Source: Campylobacterota bacterium | GTDB lineage: Bacteria > Campylobacterota > Campylobacteria > Campylobacterales > Sulfurovaceae | Direction: 5' to 3' | Assembly (NCBI GenBank): GCA_034722955.1 | Contig: JAYEOM010000096.1 | Span: forward strand, 1-20,697 | DNA length: 20,697 bases | Shown: positions 1 to 7,852 of the stretch, in pieces | How the letters are laid out: every line of letters starts with the position of its first letter | How positions within the stretch are numbered: position 1 is the stretch's first letter | Program-made: the position numbers and the translations under genes | Notes under the pieces: model-generated | Seen by the model: only the letters and a program-made list of their open reading frames with translations | The model's database searches: none | What the model was told of the DNA's origin: nothing

Positions 1-35
1 ATGAGTAAAAAAGCTCTCAATCTTTCTCAACTTTA

Positions 36-43
36 GATATAAT
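36..43 (+). promoter_or_regulatory. Putative sigma70 -10 box (gaTATAAT) for the SMC operon, probably giving a leaderless transcript
   Basis: TATAAT at 38-43 with G two bases upstream (gnTATAAT). It lies 5 nt before ATG49 and there is no Shine-Dalgarno. Confidence 0.6.
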
Positions 44-48
44 AGTAA

Positions 49-1212
49 ATGGCAATAAATAAAAATATATCAGACATTATAGGCATTCAATACTCTTGTC
101 GAGAGATTATTCAAGAGTTGTATAGTTATGAGTCTCGACCTAGTGGTGTTATCCGTGATAGATATAGTGGTTCTAAGCTAAATGAGGCGATTCGCTTTGA
201 CATTATTGAGCATGATGAGTTTGCTGAAGAGTTTACACTCTCTGTTGATACACTTGAGTATTATGATGTGAGGCTTGGGCAAAATAGAGAGACGAATATT
301 GGGCTGATTGGGGAGAAGCTAGAGAAGTTGCAGAGTGAACTTAACTTCTATAACCAAAGGGTTAAAAACTCTGAAGCCACAGATAAGGAGTTGAAGTCTA
401 TACACAAAATACTCTACTCCATCCCCTCACTACTCAAAAATAACCTTGTGGCTATCGCTTCAAATTCTATATTTGCATACAAAAGTGAACCTAACTTTAA
501 GATAAAAATGGAAAAGTTGCAAATATCTAAAGGTGAGATTTCAAAGCTTTTAGAGGCTACTTACAGTTGTGACAAATTTTTAAATCAACAATACCATTTT
601 TTTAAAGCGATGAATAACTACAAGATCAACGCGGCTGTTTTACGCTTTAAAAAAGCATCTATAGAGTTAGAGAAGTCTTTCATAAAACTCTTTGATGACA
701 TAAAGAGTTTTATAAACCAGAGCATTAAAGATGGCGAATTTACGAAAAAGCTTCAAAAACTAAAAGTATTAAAAGATGAAAAGAGACTTTTAGGCTCCAC
801 AAACATAGAAGAGTTAGCTAAAAAACAAAAGGTTATAGTAAAAAGTCTGAAAGTAAAAAGAGTTCACCCTGATGACCAGATATATAACTACTTAGAGACT
901 ATGATAAAAATCATAGAGAGGAGAAAGATAGAGCTACACGCTAGCAAAACAGACACTGCTTTAAAGTATGACATAAATGAAGAGAACATCGTTCAGAGAA
1001 AACTCTATGATTACCAAAAGTTAAATAGAGAGTTTTTAGAGCAAGATGAAGAGTTGATGGCATTTTTGATAGGTAAAAATATAGATAAAAGCAGACTGCT
1101 AGGTGTCTTCATACGAATGGTAAAAAATTATTCATCTGCTTACGAGGTGGATGGAGAGAAATTTGTGAAATATAACAATAGAGAATTTGTAGAGGTCAAA
1201 AGATGCTTGTAG
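49..1212 (+). CDS. jetA: Wadjet/Mks kleisin-like subunit (JetA/MksF-like)
   Basis: 387 aa, soluble and helical/coiled-coil-rich. First gene of an overlapping 4-gene unit upstream of a small gene, an SMC ATPase and a Toprim gene. Assigned mainly by size and position. Confidence 0.6.
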   Translation: MAINKNISDIIGIQYSCREIIQELYSYESRPSGVIRDRYSGSKLNEAIRFDIIEHDEFAEEFTLSVDTLEYYDVRLGQNRETNIGLIGEKLEKLQSELNFYNQRVKNSEATDKELKSIHKILYSIPSLLKNNLVAIASNSIFAYKSEPNFKIKMEKLQISKGEISKLLEATYSCDKFLNQQYHFFKAMNNYKINAAVLRFKKASIELEKSFIKLFDDIKSFINQSIKDGEFTKKLQKLKVLKDEKRLLGSTNIEELAKKQKVIVKSLKVKRVHPDDQIYNYLETMIKIIERRKIELHASKTDTALKYDINEENIVQRKLYDYQKLNREFLEQDEELMAFLIGKNIDKSRLLGVFIRMVKNYSSAYEVDGEKFVKYNNREFVEVKRCL

Positions 1213-1757
1213 ATGTAGAAGAGTTAGTACCACAACATATAGGAAAGATTTATAAAACCATTTTAAGAGGTGGTTACATCAATGAAAATAGTGCCAAAAA
1301 CGGAAATGCAGAGCTTTATGAAGCAATAGTAAGCAAAGAGAGTGAGATTCGTGCTTACTTTAAACCACTAGGCTATGTACTTATGAAAAGAGAGGGGTAC
1401 TTTTACTTTGCTCACGATGATGCACCCGAGAGTGAAGCGGCACTGGAGTTGATAGTAGATTACATAGATATAGCAAACTTCTTTAAGACGCTAGATACTA
1501 ACTTCTGTGTGGGATATAGATTTACTTTGAGTGCTATGGAGCATCAGCTCAATACGAACATAGAGTTGCAAGAGTTGGCTGCTAAGATGAGGGGCATAAA
1601 AGCCAATGACAATAGAGAGTTCATACAGAAGATAGTCGATAAGTTAAAAAAGGATGACTTCATAGAGGAGCGAAATGCAGCCAATAGAGAGTATATCGTT
1701 TTAAACTCTTATGATTATATAGAGTATTTTTTAGGGGAGATAGAAGTAGATGAGTAA
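1203..1757 (+). CDS. jetB: Wadjet/Mks KITE-like subunit (JetB/MksE-like)
   Basis: 184 aa. Pattern 'IYKTILRGGYINENS...YFKPLGYVL...GYFYF' and C-terminal 'IVDKLKKDDFIE' resemble MksE-type tandem winged-helix proteins. Overlaps both neighbours. Confidence 0.7.
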   Translation: MLVDVEELVPQHIGKIYKTILRGGYINENSAKNGNAELYEAIVSKESEIRAYFKPLGYVLMKREGYFYFAHDDAPESEAALELIVDYIDIANFFKTLDTNFCVGYRFTLSAMEHQLNTNIELQELAAKMRGIKANDNREFIQKIVDKLKKDDFIEERNAANREYIVLNSYDYIEYFLGEIEVDE

Positions 1758-4700
1758 CGATGGATTGAAGAAAATATATCTCATTAAGAGTGCTGGGTAC
1801 GAGTTCAATGAAGTGCAAATAGACGAGAACACTCTACTCTTAGGAGAGAGTGGCGTTGGTAAAACTACCATTATGAGGGCTGTACTGTTTTTTTACACGA
1901 TGGACTACTCAGACAGTATGCTAAACCTCACCTCTGATACCAAAAAATCTTTTAATGATTGGTACTTTAGAGAACACAACTCACATTTGGTTTACGAATA
2001 CACCAAAGGCGATAGTAAGTTTCTCTTTGTAGTGAGTAAAAGTGGCAAACTGCACTATTCGTTTATAGACATTACTAACTACCCTTTAGGCGTAAAAGAG
2101 CTTTTTATAGATGAGAGTAGACCTGTTACCCTAGAGAAGCTCAATGAAAAGGTGCAGAAAGCTCACTTGTCAAATTACCATACAAGCATAAAAGAGAGAT
2201 ACATTAATACTTTTCATAAAAAAGATGCTAATCTAAAAAAGATAAAACAAGAGAGTTTGGTAGATTTTTCTCTTTTTGAGAGTATTAAGTTTACACTTGA
2301 GTATGCGAAGACGCTATCTAATATATTTATGGCTTCAAAGGTAAACTCTTCAAGTATTAAAAAAAGTATCGTCTCACTCATAGATAACTCTGAAGCTAAA
2401 ATAGACTTAAGTGAGATACGAATAAATCTAGATGAGTATGTCAAACATAAAGATGAGATAGAGAAGTTTGAGAAAAAAGTACCAAGGATAGAAGAGCTCT
2501 CTGTAAAATACGACAAGTATCATAACAACAGAGTGGAATTTAAACAAAAAGCCAATGAGCTTGAAGCTACCAATGCTCAAATATCTCAAAAGATGCAAGA
2601 TGTGATGCTGAAGATAGGCAGGGTTCAAGAAGCCAATAATGCGTTAAAGAAAAATTATGATGTAGAGGCATCCAAACTACAAGAGAAGATAGAGAGTAGC
2701 AATAGAGAGGTTATAGAGCAGAACAAAGAGTTAAAAGAGTTAGAAAAAAAGTCTAAAGAGTATCTCTCACTAGATATAGAAAAATTAGTAGGTGAGTACA
2801 ATCAAGAGTCCAACTATAGAAGCGAACTTAAGATAAATCAAGAAGAATATGATGCCCTAACAGCAAAATTTGAAACCATAAAAGAGAAATATAAAAAGAT
2901 AGAAGAGTCACTTGTGAAAGCGAGTGGTGAGAAGATATTGGAGTTAAAAAATGAGAGTGTGGAGTTTCATAAAAGTATTAACTCTAAAAAAGCAGAGTTA
3001 GTAGAGTCTAAAGAGAGCCAAACAGAAGAGCAGACACAAAAGTATGTGGAGGAGAAGCTAGAGTTAGGGAGAGATTTGAAAAACACAAACGACTCTTTTA
3101 ATGCTACAAATGTAAAAATAGGAGAGATAAAATACTTCATTTTTAACAAAGAGGAGATCAGTAAGTATGAAGAGTCTATTGGCAAATATGAGAAAGCTCT
3201 AGTTGAAACCCAAAAAGAGTTAAATGAAAATGGCTTTAAGATAGAAAAAATAGAGCATCAAATAGAAGAGATAGCAAAAGAGCTTGAAGCTTCTGCTGCT
3301 AAACTAAATATAGAAACTGAGTCAAAAAAAGCCGAACTCTTTAAAGAGAAATCTCTAGTAGAAGATAGACTAGATATAGATAGGGACAACCTCTATGGCT
3401 ATATCAACCGTAACAATATAAAAAATGCTAAAAAATTAGTCACTTACTTAAAGGATGAAATTCTTTTTTCCCAAATACCTTTCAGAGTTGAAGAGAGTGG
3501 AGAAAACAGTTCTATATTTGGACTCAACATAACTTTTGAGGAGGAGTTTCAAAACGCTTATGACAGGTCTAAGCTACTCAAAGAGTTGAAGCTCATCAAA
3601 GAGAGCATCAAAAAGCTAAATAGAGATAGCTTGAAAAAGAGTACTGTTCTAAATGATGAAGCTTCAAGTGCCACAAAAGAGAAAAATAGACAAAGAACCA
3701 TACTTCATAAAGAGAAAGTCAAATTAGATGAAAATAGAAAGAGTTATGAGAAAAATAGAGCCTTTAGTGAGCTAAGTCTTCAAAAAGCAAAAGAGGATGC
3801 TGATGAGTTAAAAAAACACGAGAGTACAAAACTTCAAAAAGCTCTCTCTATAGATAAATTAAAACTAGCAGAGTTAAATGAAAACATCATAAAAATATCG
3901 CAAAAGATAGAGGAGATAAGCCAGAGTATAAAAGAGGATATAGCTAAACATATAGCAAAACTAAACAGAGAACTTCAAGAGAATGAATCAGAACTGACAA
4001 GTAAGATAGAAACCTTAAAAGATGAGTGTACCCACAATATAGAGTCCAACCAAAATAAGTTAAATGAGGTACTTAAAAACAGTGGTGCCAATAGTCAGCT
4101 TATAGAAGATATAAGCAACAAGATGAAAAAGTTGGAGCTTATGCTTCAAGATATAGAGAAAAACAGACCCACAGTCATTGTCTACTTGGCTGAGTACAAA
4201 GAGAGATTAAAAACCATACCATCTTTAGAAAAAAAGTTAAAGGATGATAGAGAGTTTCTTGATGGATTGAGAGAGAAAGAGGTTCAAATAAACAAAGAGT
4301 ACAGGGCAAAAGAGTCAGAGTTAAAAGATCAAAAAGAGATACTTGATACTCAAAAAGTAGATATAGAGAAGTTTATAGCAACTTATGCAGAGAAAATAGA
4401 GGGTCAAGAGATATCAAGAGCCATCAAAAATAGTCTAAATCTAAATAACTATAACTTGGACAATACGCTACTGGCAAAACCATCAATGATAGATTTTATC
4501 ATAACTCTATTTGAAGAGATAAAGCAGGCTCAAGACTCCATAGCATCATCGGTCATAAAGATACTTAAAGAGTTAAATGATGACAATATTTTCAAGATAA
4601 ACATACCATCAGATAACATAGATGATAACTCTTACCTAAAAACAGCAAAAGAGTTGATAGAGTATATTAAAAACGACAAACTCACACTTATAAAAGATGT

Positions 4701-5442
4701 TTCACTAGATAAGTTTAAAAGCAACATCGTACTCATCAAAAAACAGTTAAGTAACTTTGAAGATGGACTCATAGATATAAAAAGTGAAGTCAATAGCTTG
4801 AGAAACTCCATACGAAAAGCTGTTGACTCTTTTAGGGTCATAGATAACATCAACATACGATTTGAAGATGCTAACAGCTCTGTACTCAATGCTCTTTCTG
4901 AGTTGTCAGAGTTTTACGACAACAACAGCAGTAGCTTTTTGAGTGGTCTTTTTGAGTCATTGGATGTGAACAGATCATCACAAAGGCTCAAAGAGGAGCT
5001 GGGAGAGAAGATTGTCGAGCTTGTAGCACTACTCAATGTATCTAAAGAGTACTTGTATCTTGAAGAGGGCTTTGTTTTGGAGTTTAAAGTAGTAGAGAGA
5101 GGCAATGACCTGAGCTGGAGACAAACACTGAATGACATAGGCTCAAACGGAACCTCTACACTGGTCAAAAGTATTATAAATATCTCTATGCTTAAGATGG
5201 TGAGTAAAAACATAGTCAAAGACAGCCCCATAGTCACACACTGTATCTTAGATGAAATCGGAACTATCTCTACGGACTATTTTAAGGAGTTAAAAGAGTT
5301 TGTAAACAGTAGTGGCTTTGTATTTTTAAATGGTATGCCAACAGAAGATGATATGCTCATGTCTATGTACCCAGCCATCTACATAGGTCAAAACTTTGGC
5401 GACTACTCTAAGATGATACTGGCTAGCAAAGTGAGCATATGA
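1750..5442 (+). CDS. jetC: SMC-family ATPase (JetC/MksB-like, DUF3584-type)
   Basis: N-terminal Walker A GESGVGKT, long coiled coils interrupted by a central hinge-like segment, signature-position GSNGT and C-terminal Walker B CILDE. Confidence 0.85.
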   Translation: MSNDGLKKIYLIKSAGYEFNEVQIDENTLLLGESGVGKTTIMRAVLFFYTMDYSDSMLNLTSDTKKSFNDWYFREHNSHLVYEYTKGDSKFLFVVSKSGKLHYSFIDITNYPLGVKELFIDESRPVTLEKLNEKVQKAHLSNYHTSIKERYINTFHKKDANLKKIKQESLVDFSLFESIKFTLEYAKTLSNIFMASKVNSSSIKKSIVSLIDNSEAKIDLSEIRINLDEYVKHKDEIEKFEKKVPRIEELSVKYDKYHNNRVEFKQKANELEATNAQISQKMQDVMLKIGRVQEANNALKKNYDVEASKLQEKIESSNREVIEQNKELKELEKKSKEYLSLDIEKLVGEYNQESNYRSELKINQEEYDALTAKFETIKEKYKKIEESLVKASGEKILELKNESVEFHKSINSKKAELVESKESQTEEQTQKYVEEKLELGRDLKNTNDSFNATNVKIGEIKYFIFNKEEISKYEESIGKYEKALVETQKELNENGFKIEKIEHQIEEIAKELEASAAKLNIETESKKAELFKEKSLVEDRLDIDRDNLYGYINRNNIKNAKKLVTYLKDEILFSQIPFRVEESGENSSIFGLNITFEEEFQNAYDRSKLLKELKLIKESIKKLNRDSLKKSTVLNDEASSATKEKNRQRTILHKEKVKLDENRKSYEKNRAFSELSLQKAKEDADELKKHESTKLQKALSIDKLKLAELNENIIKISQKIEEISQSIKEDIAKHIAKLNRELQENESELTSKIETLKDECTHNIESNQNKLNEVLKNSGANSQLIEDISNKMKKLELMLQDIEKNRPTVIVYLAEYKERLKTIPSLEKKLKDDREFLDGLREKEVQINKEYRAKESELKDQKEILDTQKVDIEKFIATYAEKIEGQEISRAIKNSLNLNNYNLDNTLLAKPSMIDFIITLFEEIKQAQDSIASSVIKILKELNDDNIFKINIPSDNIDDNSYLKTAKELIEYIKNDKLTLIKDVSLDKFKSNIVLIKKQLSNFEDGLIDIKSEVNSLRNSIRKAVDSFRVIDNINIRFEDANSSVLNALSELSEFYDNNSSSFLSGLFESLDVNRSSQRLKEELGEKIVELVALLNVSKEYLYLEEGFVLEFKVVERGNDLSWRQTLNDIGSNGTSTLVKSIINISMLKMVSKNIVKDSPIVTHCILDEIGTISTDYFKELKEFVNSSGFVFLNGMPTEDDMLMSMYPAIYIGQNFGDYSKMILASKVSI

Positions 5443-6305
5443 GAGTAAATAGGCAAGATTTTTTAAGCATTAAGTCTCTCATAGAAAAGGGAAGTATTAC
5501 TCAAAAGAAGTTTAAAAACCAAGAGATAGTATCTGCACTCAAAGCCAATGGTTCTGTCAAAAATAGCAACAGAGGCTCTATACGATATATAAATTTGATC
5601 AAAGAGGAGAATATATACTTGCTCTTGAATAGTCATGGCTACAACATTAATTTACTAGCAGATATAGACAGATATATAGAAAATATATATGATAAAAGGC
5701 CAAACAGAGCTACAATTCAAGAGTACACTAACGATACAAAAACTATAAACTCAAAAAGTATGAGTGGTCTCTATGTCGCCTCTTTAGAAAAAGTAGATAT
5801 AAGACTAGACGGTGAAGCAGTAAGCATACTGCCAAACGATGGGCTAGGATATTTTTTCTTTCATACCCAAAAAGTTGAGGTCTCAGAGCATATCATCATA
5901 GTTGGTGTGGAGAACTACCAAGTAGCGTGGTTTAGCAAAAGATATGAAGCACTTTTTCAAAAACCAAATATCCTTTTTGTGGTTATTACCCCCTGTATGC
6001 TAGAGTGGATCTCTACTTTAGAAAATGAGTACATACACTTTGGAGATTATGATTTGGCCGGAGTAAACATATATTTAAATAAAGTCTTACCACGATTAAA
6101 AAAATCTAAAAAACACTCTATGTTTATACCTCCTGGTATAGAAGTACTCATAGAAAAATATGGAAATAGTGAGTTGTATGAGAAGCAGAAGCAGTATGCA
6201 TATTTACTTAGTGATGAGGTGGAGGTGAATAGTCTAGTAGAGAGTATTTGCAAATTCAAGAAAGGTTTTGAGCAGGAACGCTTGGGTTTAATCTTGAAAA
6301 ATTAG
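5439..6305 (+). CDS. jetD: Toprim-domain nuclease (JetD/MksG-like)
   Basis: Toprim motifs IVGVENY (conserved Glu) and HFGDYDLAG (DxD) plus C-terminal FEQE, as in JetD/topo VI-A-like domains. ATGA overlap with the SMC gene. Confidence 0.8.
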   Translation: MRVNRQDFLSIKSLIEKGSITQKKFKNQEIVSALKANGSVKNSNRGSIRYINLIKEENIYLLLNSHGYNINLLADIDRYIENIYDKRPNRATIQEYTNDTKTINSKSMSGLYVASLEKVDIRLDGEAVSILPNDGLGYFFFHTQKVEVSEHIIIVGVENYQVAWFSKRYEALFQKPNILFVVITPCMLEWISTLENEYIHFGDYDLAGVNIYLNKVLPRLKKSKKHSMFIPPGIEVLIEKYGNSELYEKQKQYAYLLSDEVEVNSLVESICKFKKGFEQERLGLILKN

Positions 6306-6354
6306 TATTCTTTTCTCATCTTCATCGCCAGTTTTTCTATGCCATCAGGTTCTT

Positions 6355-6966
6355 TCAGAGTCCGCCTATCAAGACTTGTACTCTTATGAGAGGTGCAAAA
6401 TAGATCTTTTTGCTGCTCCATCGGCTCTTGATAGCCCCTCTGCCTTGGGGTAGGGTGATGACATCTTCTACTAGTGGTCGTGAGCTTTTGGCATCGAGTT
6501 GTGTGAGTATTTTTCTCATCTGTGCCGTACTCATGCCATATACAAATGAGATCCTTTGGTCAGCGTACTGCTCTACAGAGAGGTTGAGTGTGCGTCCATC
6601 TTTTAGACGAATCTGATAGAGAAAAAAGCCTTTGTTGAAATATATCTGTTTTATATCTCTCGTCTCAAATACTATCTCTACACTCTTTCTAGTGGGAAAA
6701 TTGAGCTCATATTCTGAATCCAACTGAGCTTTTTCGTAAACTACTATACTCCCATCCTTTAGTTTGATGGTATCTTGCAGCAGATAGAGATCACCGAAGT
6801 TATCTTTGTGATGTGTCAGTATGTCACCATGTACATTTAGATGTTTGTCATCGATCTGTAATGAGAGTTGGTTGTTGTGGTATGTGAGGTTTGTGAAGCT
6901 GCCGCAACCACCTAGTAGAAGAGCCAAGGTAGTTAGAGATAGTAACACTGTTTTGATTGTTTGCAT
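6355..6966 (-). CDS. Hypothetical lipoprotein
   Basis: Signal peptide II: MQTIKTVLLSLTTLALLLGG-C with lipobox LGGC. Start is more likely ATG 6966 (or 6975) than the ORF track's GTG 7014, which lies inside an inverted repeat. Confidence 0.7.
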   Translation of the reverse strand: MQTIKTVLLSLTTLALLLGGCGSFTNLTYHNNQLSLQIDDKHLNVHGDILTHHKDNFGDLYLLQDTIKLKDGSIVVYEKAQLDSEYELNFPTRKSVEIVFETRDIKQIYFNKGFFLYQIRLKDGRTLNLSVEQYADQRISFVYGMSTAQMRKILTQLDAKSSRPLVEDVITLPQGRGAIKSRWSSKKIYFAPLIRVQVLIGGL

Positions 6967-7007
6967 AGATCTCATTTGGATTTGTTTTGACTCAGTATTG
7001 ACTATTG

Positions 7008-7034
7008 TTGCCACCTAATATAACAAGGTGGCAA
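7008..7034. repeat. Perfect 9-bp inverted repeat TTGCCACCT-N9-AGGTGGCAA (hairpin/terminator or operator)
   Basis: Arms at 7008-7016 and 7026-7034, about 33 nt downstream of the porin stop codon. No clear U-tract follows. Confidence 0.7.
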
Positions 7035-7067
7035 TTCTACTGCATGATTCGGGGTATCCTTAAGAGA

Positions 7068-7661
7068 TCAAAAACTATAAGTGAAACCTAAGTTGCTAGA
7101 TGAGATTTTACTATCCAAATCATATCCCGGTACCAATATAACATCTTTTATATCACCACTATAGAGGCTTGTAAAGTCAGCAAAAATACTTATGTTGTCT
7201 ACAACCACAAAATTGATACCCAATCCAAACTGAACACCATTGCCTTCTGAGTATCTCGCGATAGATTTACCGTATCCCAATAGGGCATAAGTGGTGAATG
7301 TTTCATCAAAAGTATATTGTGGTTTGACATAGATCGCTTTGTTGGTAACTTTTCTCTCTTTTGGGCCTACACCTTCGACATCCATCTCTGAACCAAAAGT
7401 ATGCATATACCTACCTTCGACAGCGACATATGGGTTGAAGTTATATCCTGCTAGAAGCATATAGGTATTGCCCTTTTCAACATCATCTACATCAGCCTTG
7501 AGAAAGGAATAAGCCAATCCGGCATAAAAATTAGCATTGGTCACAGACTCTGGCTGAACCACTACACTAACGACCTCCGCCTCTACTAAATCGCCACCGG
7601 CTGTTGCCAATGAACTGCCAATAACCATAAACGCAAACATTGAAAGCATAATCTTTTTCAT
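7068..7661 (-). CDS. Outer-membrane beta-barrel (porin-family/OmpA-like transmembrane domain) protein
   Basis: Sec signal peptide ending ATA, amphipathic strands (FYAGLAYS, LAGYNFNPYVAVEGRY, YALLGYG) and C-terminal GFTYSF with terminal Phe. Strong SD AGGAGGA at 7666-7672 on the minus strand. Confidence 0.85.
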   Translation of the reverse strand: MKKIMLSMFAFMVIGSSLATAGGDLVEAEVVSVVVQPESVTNANFYAGLAYSFLKADVDDVEKGNTYMLLAGYNFNPYVAVEGRYMHTFGSEMDVEGVGPKERKVTNKAIYVKPQYTFDETFTTYALLGYGKSIARYSEGNGVQFGLGINFVVVDNISIFADFTSLYSGDIKDVILVPGYDLDSKISSSNLGFTYSF

Positions 7662-7683
7662 CTAATCCTCCTATTAATTGATA

Positions 7684-7715
7684 CAAACTATAGTTTGCTA
7701 TAACCGATTATAACA
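7684..7715 (-). promoter_or_regulatory. Extended -10 promoter (TGtTATAAT) of the porin gene with a downstream 14-bp palindrome
   Basis: The minus strand reads TGTTATAAT at 7715-7707. Perfect palindrome CAAACTATAGTTTG at 7684-7697. Confidence 0.65.
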
Positions 7716-7813
7716 GCATTAACTAAAAGTTTAGATTAATTAATATGAGTATATTGCAAAATAGAAGCTAAGCTCTGATAAGTGGTAAATTATATACCTC
7801 TAACATACTATAG

Positions 7814-7821
7814 GATAAAAT
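7814..7821 (+). promoter_or_regulatory. Putative -10 box (gaTAAAAT) for polA
   Basis: gnTAAAAT at 7814-7821, about 31 nt upstream of the TTG start. AAGG SD at 7842-7845. Confidence 0.5.
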
Positions 7822-7852
7822 CCTTTTTTACTCTTAAAACTAAGGCTCATAC

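Noticed and set aside
1..36. Short ORF MSKKALNLSQL in frame with jetA
   Set aside because: Only 11 codons at the window edge, followed by several in-frame stops and overlapping the putative promoter. There is no support for a peptide or readthrough.
1750..5442. SbcC/Rad50, RecN or housekeeping Smc/MukB
   Set aside because: No CxxC zinc hook and no SbcD phosphoesterase neighbour. The downstream Toprim gene and foreign composition favour Wadjet/Mks.
6967..7014. GTG 7014 start for the lipoprotein
   Set aside because: It would give an over-long n-region before the lipobox and the codon sits within a hairpin arm. ATG 6966 or 6975 fits better.
7008..7034. CIRCE (HrcA operator)
   Set aside because: Only 5/9 match to TTAGCACTC and no chaperone gene nearby.
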